64,000 nucleotides of DNA from an uncultured Nitrospiraceae bacterium (GCA_963727805.1 CAVSHF010000003.1:1280001-1344000), one strand, 5' to 3'. Positions 49,956-59,880 are shown, counted from the stretch's first letter. Numbers and translations are program-made. The notes: generated from the sequence alone by a model not told the origin.

Positions 49956-51050
49956 CTAAGTAGTGCATAAGTAAGGCCTCATTATGGTATACTAGTATGC
50001 ATGAATACCACTGATGGCAGGAAACTCAGACATGAGGTTTTAGAGGCGATTCGAATTAGGGCAGTCAAACAGGTTGAGGCAGGGGAGAGCCCTGAGGTGG
50101 TAATTAGGGCCTTGGGGATGAACCGACGCTGCATCTACAAATGGATAGCGAAATATCGAGAAGGTGGCGTAGAGGCGCTGAGGGCGAGGGTTCTTTCGGG
50201 GAGACCGTTAACGCTAACGGGAAGTCAACTGCGCTGGATATTCAGGACTGTTACGACAAAGAACCCTCTGCAATTGCAGTTTCCTTATGCCTTGTGGACG
50301 CGGGAAATGGTCAAAGAGTTGATTAAGAGAAAATACAGGATCAAGCTAAGTATCACCTCTGTCGGGAGACTCTTGAAGAAACTGGGGTTAAGCTGTCAGA
50401 AGCCTTTGATGAGGGCTTTTCAGCAAGACGGGGTTCTTGTGCAACAATGGGTTGAGCAGGATTATCCGAAGATCAGGGCAAAGGCAAAGAAGATTAAGGC
50501 AGAAATATATTTCGGAGACGAGGCAGGGATGCGGTCTGATTACCACCGTGGCACAACGTGGGGATTACGCGGAGATACCCCGATCATTGCAACGACAGGA
50601 GCCCGTTTTTCAATGAATATGCTGTCCGCCATTACAGCGAAAGGCAAAATACGGTTCATGACTCATACGGGAAAGATAAACGCAACGGTATTCTGTGAGT
50701 TTCTCAAGCGTCTGATGCACAATGTTGATAATAGCGTATTTCTGATTCTGGACAGTCATCCGGTGCACAGATCATCAATGGTTAAGAAGTTTGTGGAGAC
50801 ACTAAAGGGGAAATTGCAGCTGTTCTTTTTGCCACCGTACTCACCGGAACTCAACCCTGATGAGCTGGTATGGAATAGTGTTAAGCGGAGAGTGAGTCGT
50901 TCTTCGGTGAAAGGCCCAGATGATCTCGGGATGAAAGTTCGCGGCCACCTCCGGCTTCTGCAACGGAATCCAGAGAAAGTCTGTGCATTCTTTAAGGAGC
51001 CGAATGTTCGATATGCAGCTTAAACGGGGCTTTACTTATGGCCTCCTTAG
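49956..51050 (+). mobile_element. IS630-family insertion sequence, apparently intact
   Basis: Imperfect terminal inverted repeats CTAAGTAGTGCATAAGTAAGGCC / CTAAGGAGGCCATAAGTAAAGCC, with TA on both flanks (49954-55, 51051-52). Confidence 0.9.
50001..51023 (+). CDS. IS630 transposase
   Basis: N-terminal HTH, DDE motifs FGDEAG, ILDSHPVH and PYSPELNPDELVW. Confidence 0.95.
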   Translation: MNTTDGRKLRHEVLEAIRIRAVKQVEAGESPEVVIRALGMNRRCIYKWIAKYREGGVEALRARVLSGRPLTLTGSQLRWIFRTVTTKNPLQLQFPYALWTREMVKELIKRKYRIKLSITSVGRLLKKLGLSCQKPLMRAFQQDGVLVQQWVEQDYPKIRAKAKKIKAEIYFGDEAGMRSDYHRGTTWGLRGDTPIIATTGARFSMNMLSAITAKGKIRFMTHTGKINATVFCEFLKRLMHNVDNSVFLILDSHPVHRSSMVKKFVETLKGKLQLFFLPPYSPELNPDELVWNSVKRRVSRSSVKGPDDLGMKVRGHLRLLQRNPEKVCAFFKEPNVRYAA

Positions 51051-51317
51051 TAACTCGATTCATCGCCTGCGGGAACATGAATCAACTGTAACAGCCGGCA
51101 AGAATGAATCGGGATGATTGGCAGGAATAATCCCGGCTATACATCGGTCAGGTCGTTATAGTCACATATGACAGGAAGACCTCTCGATCAAAGCCGATGA
51201 GGGTTCTTACCTTTGTGGATTGAGGACTCAAAAACCAGATATAAAATGATCTACGCCAGAGCGGAGATAGTTGTTTAATGAGGCAATGTTGATATATTTA
51301 TAAAAGAGGGGGTAGAC

Positions 51318-52358
51318 GTGAAGCCTCGTGTACACATAGCTATTATGATCGTCTCGGTTATTCTCTCCTGCGTTTTTGCTCATAATACCCTTTCCTATGC
51401 GGCAGACGCTGGCTATCATGTGATCAAAAGGCTGCAGCTCGGCGGAGAGGGCGGTTGGGACTACCTGACTGTGGATAGTGCATCAAGAAGACTATACATC
51501 TCTCGAAGCACTCATGTGATGGTTGTTGATATCGATACTAATACATTAATTGGCGACATCCCGGAAACACCAGGAGTGCATGGAATTGCGGTCGCACCAG
51601 AATTGAATCGCGGTTTTACAAGCAATGGCCGAATCAATACTTCTACTATTTTCGACCTAAAAACCCTAAAAATACTCGGACAAGTGAAAACAGGAACAAA
51701 TCCTGACGCAATCCTCTACGATCCGGCAACCAAACGAGTATTTACCTTTAATGGCCGCAGCAGGGACGCTACGGTGTTCGAAGCGATTTCAGGAGAGATT
51801 GCAGGGCGGATAGAGCTCGGTGGCAAGCCAGAATTTGCAGCGGCTGATAGTAAAGGCACGGTCTACGTGAATATTGAAGATACGAATGAGGTTGTCGAAA
51901 TTGACAGCCGAAAGCTCGCAGTGTTGAAGCGATTTTCACTCAAGCCTTGCGAAGAACCCACGGGAATGGGTCTTGACGTAGAGCATCATCGTGTTTTTTC
52001 TGGATGCCACAACAAGATTATGACTATTCTGGACGCAAAGGCGGGCACGGTGATTGCAACCATGCCAATTGGCGAAGGTGTTGATGGAAACGGCTTCGAT
52101 CCAGGGATGAAGCTGGCATTCAGCGCCAATGGGGATGGTACTCTGACAATCGTGGGCGAGCCTTCTCTCGGCAAGTTTGAGGTGGTCGCTACTGTTACTA
52201 CGCAGCGCGGAGCCCGAACAATGGCGATCGATCCCAAGACCCATTATATCTATTTGCCAACTGCAAAATTTTCTCCATTTCCTTCTTCAGTCGTTGGAGC
52301 GAGACCTCGCCCCGTGATGATCAAGGACAGCTTCGAGATTTTAGTAGTCGGAGAATAG
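51318..52358 (+). CDS. YncE/YVTN-family secreted beta-propeller protein
   Basis: Signal peptide, GGWDYLTVD, GVHGIA, NPDAILYD, GKPEFA, GARTMAID. Confidence 0.82.
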   Translation: MKPRVHIAIMIVSVILSCVFAHNTLSYAADAGYHVIKRLQLGGEGGWDYLTVDSASRRLYISRSTHVMVVDIDTNTLIGDIPETPGVHGIAVAPELNRGFTSNGRINTSTIFDLKTLKILGQVKTGTNPDAILYDPATKRVFTFNGRSRDATVFEAISGEIAGRIELGGKPEFAAADSKGTVYVNIEDTNEVVEIDSRKLAVLKRFSLKPCEEPTGMGLDVEHHRVFSGCHNKIMTILDAKAGTVIATMPIGEGVDGNGFDPGMKLAFSANGDGTLTIVGEPSLGKFEVVATVTTQRGARTMAIDPKTHYIYLPTAKFSPFPSSVVGARPRPVMIKDSFEILVVGE

Positions 52359-52537
52359 CATTTGTGTGAGAGTACTTTCGAATTATATATCGGCATACTG
52401 ATCCTTGCCAGGCAGAGACTCATTGTATCACACGGGAAGCATGAACAATCTATTGCGATATTGGTAGACAGGTCAGAGTTGAATGCCGATATGGACCAAA
52501 ATTAAATGCCTATTGACATGTATGATGGATACCCAAT

Positions 52538-52567
52538 TTGACGGAACTTAAGCGGATATGTTATCAT
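52538..52567 (+). promoter_or_regulatory. Putative sigma70 promoter of the cold-shock gene
   Basis: TTGACG-N18-TATCAT with extended -10 TG. Confidence 0.45.
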
Positions 52568-52685
52568 ATAAAAACAGATTCAGAAGTATTTGCGATCGCA
52601 TAAGGGCACAAAGACTTTGAACTTTGTGCCCTTATTTAATCTAAACCTTCTGAAGTCTCAAATTAACCGATAGGAGAAACAAGAA

Positions 52686-52886
52686 ATGGCACAAGGGACT
52701 GTAAAATGGTTTAACGACAGCAAGGGGTTTGGTTTTATTACGGCCGATGACGGAACTGATGTTTTCGTGCACCACACATCCATCGAAGGCAGCGGATTTA
52801 AGAGCCTTGCCGAAGGAGATAAAGTCAGCTTTGATGTTGAAAAAGGACCGAAGGGCCCCAAGGCGATCAACGTAGTAAAACAATAA
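52686..52886 (+). CDS. cspA: Cold-shock protein
   Basis: [28 protein letters not shown]. Confidence 0.96.
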   Translation: MAQGTVKWFNDSKGFGFITADDGTDVFVHHTSIEGSGFKSLAEGDKVSFDVEKGPKGPKAINVVKQ

Positions 52887-52947
52887 TTTACCCGAAAGGC
52901 TCGTTTCTCATTTTTTTGATCGAATGGCCTTATTATTTGGAGTGAAA

Positions 52948-53313
52948 ATGAACAAAAGAGCGAAAATGACGTTGGCTAAAGCTGAAAGGAAGCAACAGAG
53001 GGATGAGGCGGGCCTAGTGTCTTCTCATTTCCCCAATGTTGCCAGTATCGTCATTAGCATGACATATAGGCAAATTGGAGTATTGGAACCCATGCTGCGG
53101 ACTATTAATTTTTTCCCGGGCAGTTACGCCATGTTCGTCGTTAACTGTTTAAACGAAGGATGCGTTGGTGGCGGGTTCGATTTTCGCGAAGTGATAGCAG
53201 ACAAGATCAAGAACCTCAAAAATGTAGCAAAGGGGGAGCTCTCTTGTGCTGTTTGCGGTCCTGCCGCTCATTTTTCTGATGTTGTCTACGATATCTCAAT
53301 ACGTTACGCATAA
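52948..53313 (+). CDS. Hypothetical Cys-containing protein
   Basis: RBS GGAG. CLNEGCVGGGFD and C-terminal CAVC. Confidence 0.65.
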   Translation: MNKRAKMTLAKAERKQQRDEAGLVSSHFPNVASIVISMTYRQIGVLEPMLRTINFFPGSYAMFVVNCLNEGCVGGGFDFREVIADKIKNLKNVAKGELSCAVCGPAAHFSDVVYDISIRYA

Positions 53314-53648
53314 ATAGAATCCTCCATGGCGGTGCCGCTCTCGAGTTTATCTCCTCAGCCAGACTAACAAAGCACCTGCACAAAGTTCTGGGTGCGTACT
53401 TTCGAAAACAAAGGGTTAAAGAGGAACTTTTATCATATTGATTTAAAAATATACAGATCACGTTAAAAGGGAGACAGGGATAATAGAACCAAAAAAGGCA
53501 GAAAATGTAGAGACTTCATTCCGGGACGCCTCAGTAGTTGGGAGCCCGCTGAATGAAGCGTTCGAAAAAGCGAAGGACGGCAGGACAAAAAGCAGATCAG
53601 GGCAGTCATCGACGTGAACGTCTTCGAGCCTGAGGCAGGCGTAGAATA

Positions 53649-53813
53649 ATGCTGTTCCTTTTGAAGTTCATCGGATCCACCGCTTTGGGAATGCTCGGCA
53701 GCTGGCTCGGTGGGTTTATCGGCTTCGGCATGGGGCTCTTCCTCAGCATCGTTCTTAGCATTGTAGGCTGGTATTTGACTAAGTACCTGTGCGAGGAATA
53801 CTTGCCAGTTTGA
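53649..53813 (+). CDS. 54-aa Gly-rich small membrane protein
   Basis: Hand translation MLFLLKFIGSTALGMLGSWLGGFIGFGMGLFLSIVLSIVGWYLTKYLCEEYLPV. Below the track cutoff. Confidence 0.6.
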   Translation: MLFLLKFIGSTALGMLGSWLGGFIGFGMGLFLSIVLSIVGWYLTKYLCEEYLPV

Positions 53814-54084
53814 CTAAGCACAATCATTTTAAAGTCGTTGGCATCGGCTTATACTCCTTTTAGTTCAGCGGAAAGATGCGAGGGAGATTATTTCTAGCAA
53901 CCCTCAGGTCACCCAGTTGCTAGATTCGGAGGATTTCAATCGGGAATTGATAACCTTGAATTCCGGCAAAAGCTTGCCGAGGCAAAGACCTATCTCGTTG
54001 TACTGAGCACGATTTATATCATTGCAAGACTTAACCCCATTGCCGAGTATCCAGATAAAAGTATAATCTTTAAAGAGGTGCAAA

Positions 54085-54573
54085 ATGATAAAATCAAAGG
54101 AATCAATACCTGACAGAGTCAAAAAAGGAACTGTACCTGCACTCGAAAGGTTAAGTGCACTTGATATAGACCAGCTTCATGCTGTACTAGCAACTACATT
54201 AGATGGACAACCTTATACTTCTTTAATCGCTTATGCACTTACTCCTGATAAGAAAGGGCTTGTATTTGTTACACCCCAAAAAACACAGAAATATAGAAAT
54301 ATCCTCAAAAATAATCGCGTTTCCCTTCTCATTGATACACGATCAAATACAGAAAAAGATTATATGGGTGCTGAATCATTGACTATTTTAGGAAATGCCA
54401 AGCTCGTGAGAAAAAGGGGGGAATGGCCAGAATTAGCTGACGTGCTCATACGGAAGCATCCGACTCTTAAGGAAATAATTCATTCTGCTGAAACGAATTT
54501 GATATTCGTAACAATCACCAGGTGTATCCATGTTACAAGATTTCAGACTGTATCAGAATGGATTTTACGATAA
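54085..54573 (+). CDS. Pyridoxamine 5'-phosphate oxidase-like FMN-binding protein
   Basis: AVLAT...GQPYTSLI, T.KYRNILKNNRVSLLID. Confidence 0.8.
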   Translation: MIKSKESIPDRVKKGTVPALERLSALDIDQLHAVLATTLDGQPYTSLIAYALTPDKKGLVFVTPQKTQKYRNILKNNRVSLLIDTRSNTEKDYMGAESLTILGNAKLVRKRGEWPELADVLIRKHPTLKEIIHSAETNLIFVTITRCIHVTRFQTVSEWILR

Positions 54574-54625
54574 ATGCAATATATGGAAATCTATAATATG
54601 ACGGTGGTTCGATACAACTGAACAT

Positions 54626-55147
54626 ATGAAGCGCCGATATAAACTTATCTTTGACTTTAGTTTGCCTGGGGAAGAAAATCGATGGGAAATCATGACAGAT
54701 GGGGTCATGGGTGGTATCTCACAAAGTCAACTGTCAATCACATCGAATAAGAGAGGCATTTTCCATGGGGGGGTATCATTAGAAAATTATGGTGGCTTTG
54801 CCTCTATACGATCCCGTCCACAGAAACATCAGTTGGATGGCTTTGAAGGCATTGCTTTGCGGGTTAAAGGTGATGGCAAGAAATACCGACTCCGTTTGAA
54901 AACCGACGATGAATTTGAGGGTGTTGCATATCAGGCAAGTTATACAACACAGGCCGAAAGGTGGATTACTGTACATTTACCATTCAAAGAGTTTATACCT
55001 GTTTTCCGCGGGCGCACAGTGCTAGAAGCTGCCAAGCTTGAAGCGCGCCACATCAGAAGAATCGGCTTTATGATTGCTGATAAACAAGCAGGACCTTTTA
55101 ACCTTGAAATTGATTGGGTAAAAGCCTATACGGATAATAATTCATAA
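54626..55147 (+). CDS. CIA30-family protein
   Basis: DGVMGGIS, GVSLENYGGFASIR, VKGDGKKY, F.PVFRG. Confidence 0.88.
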   Translation: MKRRYKLIFDFSLPGEENRWEIMTDGVMGGISQSQLSITSNKRGIFHGGVSLENYGGFASIRSRPQKHQLDGFEGIALRVKGDGKKYRLRLKTDDEFEGVAYQASYTTQAERWITVHLPFKEFIPVFRGRTVLEAAKLEARHIRRIGFMIADKQAGPFNLEIDWVKAYTDNNS

Positions 55148-55398
55148 TAAGAATTGGCTAGGGAATGGATATAAGAGAAAAGAAATCGGCTGCCGGATTT
55201 CATAACCTGTCTTCTAAAGTTCTGCATCAATGTAATCCATTTCGATAGGAATGATCTTTACCATACTCATAAAATATGGTATCAATACTGGTTTGAGACT
55301 CTTATGTTTTTTTGGAAGCCTTAATCCCTTCTTCGAATAGTGCGGACCCTCTTCTGTCGATCTCGGCAGTTCCGCTAAGCATATCATGATCTATCCTC

Positions 55399-55959
55399 TC
55401 AAATCTTGTATGAATCTGCTTCAAACTGGACAGTTTTTATCAGATTACCGGTATCATAAAATTGAATTCTCAGCTTTTGCAAAATATGGTCATATTTTTT
55501 TTCGTCCATTTTAGGTGATCGGTTCAGTATCCATAAATACTTTCTGTCGGGATGACCTACAACAGCATAATCATAATTTTCTCCAAGGTCGATAATCCAG
55601 TAATGTCCAGAAAAAAACCAGAAAAAAGAAACCTTCAATTTAGCATTTGTCGTATGATCAACTACCCACGCTTTTCCCTTGATTGAAGAAATCACACCGT
55701 CAAGCGTCCCCTTTCGGCATTGATTCAGGACATCAATCTTACCATCCTCACGGATTGAGTAAGTTGCAGTCGTTCCAACGCATCCTTCTTGAAAACGGTT
55801 GGGATAGTGGGCGATCTCATACCATTTTCCAGCGTATCGGGTTAGATCAACGAAAGTAACCACCTCTAGAGGAGGTGCCCCCTTCTTCAGCCAAGAACTA
55901 CAGGCCAGAAAAGATATGCTCAATGTCAGGAAAATCCACATGTGCTTACCTATTTCCAT
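55399..55959 (-). CDS. blc: Bacterial lipocalin
   Basis: Lipobox FLAC, VDLTRYAGKWYEIA, AKLKVSFF, YLWIL. Confidence 0.88.
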   Translation of the reverse strand: MEIGKHMWIFLTLSISFLACSSWLKKGAPPLEVVTFVDLTRYAGKWYEIAHYPNRFQEGCVGTTATYSIREDGKIDVLNQCRKGTLDGVISSIKGKAWVVDHTTNAKLKVSFFWFFSGHYWIIDLGENYDYAVVGHPDRKYLWILNRSPKMDEKKYDHILQKLRIQFYDTGNLIKTVQFEADSYKI

Positions 55960-56402
55960 ACATAGAGCATAGTTAAAAAATATCCGTTAACCAAGTCAGG
56001 GACAGAGATAGGGTCAGCCCTTGATTCTTAAAAAAATCCCCGAGCTAACAAAAAAGAAGGCTGACACTGACTTGCGATAAAATAAAACATGTAAATCGGC
56101 GTAGCATTTTGAGCCACTCATACGCATGCTAAAAGCTTGGATAAGAGTATGTTAAGACATTAGCAGACGGATCAAAGTTGAATGCCCATAGAGGGCAAAC
56201 GCAGGTCAAACGCCTTGGCTGTCAACATAATACTGGTAGATCTGGCCTTAAGGCTACATGAGTGCATGCTTTCAGAAGCGTATATTCGCATATTGAGAAG
56301 TAACGACTGCGTCTGGAAGAAACAATCTCGAAGTTCGATATGGCAAAATTAGTGAACAAGCACCTGAGTTGATACCCTAATCCAGTTTGAATAGTGGGAT
56401 TC

Positions 56403-56442
56403 TGCTCTGAAGCTTCCCAGCACTTACGGAAGCTTCAGAGCA
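56403..56442. terminator. 15-bp perfect inverted repeat, probable terminator of the small minus-strand gene
   Basis: TGCTCTGAAGCTTCC-N10-GGAAGCTTCAGAGCA. Confidence 0.55.
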
Positions 56443-56468
56443 AACGATGTTACATCACACCGCTAATG

Positions 56469-56630
56469 TCAGGATACCTTTTGCAGAAGGCCTTTTACGA
56501 CAGCCTCTTCCTCGTGGAGGGACGATTTGTCGTGTTTCGTTTCTACGATTTCCAGTCTCAACTCTGAAAGGTAGGAATCAAGAACCTTCTTCAGCAGGGT
56601 CTTCTCTGCGGCGCTCACCTCAACGTTCAT
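56469..56630 (-). CDS. 53-aa small helical protein
   Basis: MNVEVSAAEKTLLKKVLDSYLSELRLEI..., strong RBS AAGGAGGAG, promoter TTGACA-N16-TATACT at 56668-56695 on the minus strand. Confidence 0.7.
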   Translation of the reverse strand: MNVEVSAAEKTLLKKVLDSYLSELRLEIVETKHDKSSLHEEEAVVKGLLQKVS

Positions 56631-56876
56631 GACGATGCTCCTCCTTTTTAGTGTATTACATGATCTTAGTATAGCTGAAAAAAGCAGAGTGTCAAGACAA
56701 TCAACCGCTTTTCTATGCCCTTTATCTGCTGCGGACAAGATCAGACGAAGGGGGGCAGAAGAGACCTTCACATTTCACGTCAGGACAGGATCTCCGATTC
56801 GAGACTATAGACTGAAGTAGGTTGTCATTATCTATTTTTTGACAAACACGGTTTCCGAGTGACTGGTATCGGCAGA

Positions 56877-56936
56877 ACGGGCAAAATAAACATTGAATGT
56901 CCTTGGTCAAGGGCATTCAATGTTTATTTTGCCCGT
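56877..56936. repeat. 60-bp near-perfect palindrome
   Basis: 29-bp arms with one mismatch around a 2-nt centre. Confidence 0.9.
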
Positions 56937-57626
56937 ACCATGACATTATCTTTTTTGCTCCGAGATACGACTCTATCTTTTCTTGACAGGATCTAATACG
57001 GTGATATACTTAACGTATTGATTAAAGCTTTGCTTGACTCAATATCCATAGACATGAATGAGGTTGGAAGGATGACAAAGGCACTATCCGAAAAGGCTCT
57101 TGCTCAATAGGGTTTTCTGGGATAGGCTTAATATGGCAACCAAAGAAAGTCTCGGGAAAGTATGCCACAAATGAAAGGGCTGAAAGAGCTAATGTTGCCG
57201 GTTAGGCGACAAAGAGAGGATGCGCAGATATAGTGGATCTTGGATATGCAGGATCTTGGATATGCAGGAGCCTATATGTTCCCATAGGAAATGCAAGAAA
57301 AGACCACGTGAGGGAAATCTGTGCATTGTCAGGATATTAAGGAAATTGGGGGACAGATCCCTATAGAAACAAATGCAGCAATTCGCCATGACGCAGAGGC
57401 TGCAGGGCGATTGTGATGGCCTTTTCTAGGGCGAACGGCCGAGGCAGTCCCCTTGAGGAGGATCCACACTATTTTCAATAAGGCTCATACAACACAGGGC
57501 GGAAATGTGACAGGCGTCAGCACTGTCTGCGGGCCTGCACAGGTTTCATGTGCACTATTAGGGAATCTAACAGGTGGGACATATCTAAGATTATAGACGT
57601 GTATCCAGCTCGAAAGGATGTATGAA

Positions 57627-58160
57627 ATGGCACAATGGATTGTGGATCCTGATCACTCAGTAGCGGCATTTTCCATTCGCCACATGATGATTGCTCATGT
57701 TCGGGGCCAGTTCAACAAAATCGCGGGGAGTATATATTTTGATCCTCCTAATATTGATAACTCATCAATAGACCTAACCATTGATGTATCAAGCATTTTT
57801 ACAGGGGTAACGAAACGTGACGATCACTTGAGAAGCCCTGATTTTTTTAATATCGAGAAATATCCCACCATCTCGTTCAAGAGTATCCAAACAACTGCAG
57901 TTAATGGCAACCGGGTGAAAGTGACTGGCGACTTAACAATACACGGAATAACACGTCAGATAACTATTCCTGTTGAGTTTTGGGGTCCAGTAAAAGACCC
58001 CTTTGGCGACGGATTAAGCATGGGCTTTGCAGCATCTGCAATAATAAATCGTGAGGACTACGAGATTAATTGGAATCAGATAATGGCAGACAATGGGATC
58101 ATGGTCGGCCGGAAGGTCAATCTTTTCATAGATGTGGAAGCAGATCTCGCCCCGGAATAA
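57627..58160 (+). CDS. YceI-family protein
   Basis: VDPDHS, F.IRHMM, RDDHLRSPDFF, GDLTIHG. Confidence 0.9.
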   Translation: MAQWIVDPDHSVAAFSIRHMMIAHVRGQFNKIAGSIYFDPPNIDNSSIDLTIDVSSIFTGVTKRDDHLRSPDFFNIEKYPTISFKSIQTTAVNGNRVKVTGDLTIHGITRQITIPVEFWGPVKDPFGDGLSMGFAASAIINREDYEINWNQIMADNGIMVGRKVNLFIDVEADLAPE

Positions 58161-58193
58161 AGACAATTATCCCAACAATGAAGAGGTGAAGTC

Positions 58194-59558
58194 ATGAAAA
58201 CATATGATGTCATCGTCGTTGGTGCGGGTGATGTAGGCTTGGCGGTCGCCTTTAAAGCTATCTCAAAAGGTCTGAAGGTTGCTCTCATCGACAAGGGATA
58301 TACAGGCGGAACCTGTGTTAACAGCGGGTGTGTACCCTCTAAAATGCTTATATATACTGCAGACCGAATAATTGAGACACGAGAAAATACAAAACTCGGC
58401 ATCAGTTCGGCAATAATCGATGTAAACTTTAGAGCGGTCATGGACCGGATGAGAAGTGTTGTCATTAGAGGCAGAAACTCTATAACAAATGCTATTGAGG
58501 AGTCTGAGAATCTCCATTTCATAGGCAAACAAGGCCATTTCATAGACGAACATACTCTTGAAGTCGATGGTGATAAAATCCGAGGGAAGAAGATTTTCAT
58601 CGCCACTGGTGCACGACCTTCGATTCCCCCGTTAAAAGGACTTGGTAAAGTGCCGTATTTGACGAATGAAAGCGTCTTGGAACTCAAAAAGAAGCCTGAG
58701 AGCATCATTTTTATCGGGGGCGGATATATAGCGCTTGAGTATGCGCATTTCTTTTCGGCCTTGGGTGTGAAGGTTACGATAATCGATAGAAACTTGACCC
58801 TTCTGCCTTTCGGTGAACCGGAAATTTCTGACTTGCTAAAGAAGAAATTGGAGACACGCATCGAACTGCATTTGGGCGTTGAGGGGATTGAAGTGAGACG
58901 GACAGTCAACGGACCCAGGATGTTAATAAGAAACATCGGCACCGGCGGGGAAAAAGAGATTTCAGCAAAGGCGGTGATGGTCTCCGCTGGCAGAAAATCC
59001 AATGCCGATCTACTGAAACCTGAACATGCTGGAATCGAGACAGACAAGGCCAATTTCATAAAAGTTGACGAGTACCTCCGGACGAACAAGCAGCACATTT
59101 GGGCACTTGGAGATGCCATCGGTAGGACAATGTTTACCCATGCCGGAGACAAGGAAGCCGAGTTAGCATGGCACAATGCCACACACAGGGAAAAGATCAA
59201 GATGAATTTCCGGTCCGTCCCCCATGCGGTCTACACGTGCCCGCAGATAGCATCTATTGGCCTGACCGAGCGGCAGGCCCGAAACGCCCACAACATTCTA
59301 GTAGGCCGTGCGTTATATTCCGATACTGTGATGGGAGAGGCGATGATGGAGCGTGATGGTTTTGCAAAAGCTATCGTCGAAAAGGGCACTGGCAGAATTC
59401 TAGGGTTTCACATCATCGGTCCGAATGCTGCAATACTGATTCAGGAGGTTGTCAATGCTATACTAAACAAGGGCGACGTGAAATCTATAACTGAATGTAT
59501 TCATATATTCCCTGCTCTGTCAAACATCGTGCCGGAAACTTTCAGTAATCTTGAATAA
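58194..59558 (+). CDS. Class I pyridine nucleotide-disulfide oxidoreductase (dihydrolipoamide dehydrogenase-like)
   Basis: GGTCVNSGCVPSK redox disulfide, IATGARP, GGGYIALE, WALGD. Confidence 0.85.
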   Translation: MKTYDVIVVGAGDVGLAVAFKAISKGLKVALIDKGYTGGTCVNSGCVPSKMLIYTADRIIETRENTKLGISSAIIDVNFRAVMDRMRSVVIRGRNSITNAIEESENLHFIGKQGHFIDEHTLEVDGDKIRGKKIFIATGARPSIPPLKGLGKVPYLTNESVLELKKKPESIIFIGGGYIALEYAHFFSALGVKVTIIDRNLTLLPFGEPEISDLLKKKLETRIELHLGVEGIEVRRTVNGPRMLIRNIGTGGEKEISAKAVMVSAGRKSNADLLKPEHAGIETDKANFIKVDEYLRTNKQHIWALGDAIGRTMFTHAGDKEAELAWHNATHREKIKMNFRSVPHAVYTCPQIASIGLTERQARNAHNILVGRALYSDTVMGEAMMERDGFAKAIVEKGTGRILGFHIIGPNAAILIQEVVNAILNKGDVKSITECIHIFPALSNIVPETFSNLE

Positions 59559-59664
59559 GATCAAATCACAGACACTTCAAAAGAAGCTGCATTTTTCAAC
59601 CTTTCTCCTACCAGCACACCTTGCTTTGCATCTTCGCCTAAAAGACAGTATATAACTATGTATC

Positions 59665-59880
59665 AGTCCCGGTACTTCTTGCAGTCAAAGATTTGATCAG
59701 TGACTTTTATTTTCGGGGACCCACACCATCGCTATGAGCCTGTTTTGTGGCCTCGGCAGGGGGAAACATACTCGAGCACAGCCCAGAAGATGTTTCCCTG
59801 CAAAAAACCAACAGATCTAGAGGTGCCCGACTCGCGTGGACTTCAGGAAGGAATGTCGCAACAATGTCTTCATTAGAGTC
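59665..59880 (+). ncRNA. ssrS: Probable 6S RNA
   Basis: Long rod-like self-complementarity with internal bubbles, and similarity to 6S motifs as recalled (AGTCCCGG...TTTGATC...TTTT...CGGGGACCC; AGAGGTGCCCGAC). Boundaries approximate. Confidence 0.6.

Noticed and set aside
55995..56072. GGGTCAG/GGGACAG REP-like motifs
   Set aside because: Short and imperfect, with no tyrosine transposase nearby.
58076..59200. 374-aa antisense ORF, and similar shadow ORFs throughout the window
   Set aside because: Antisense shadows of well-supported genes.
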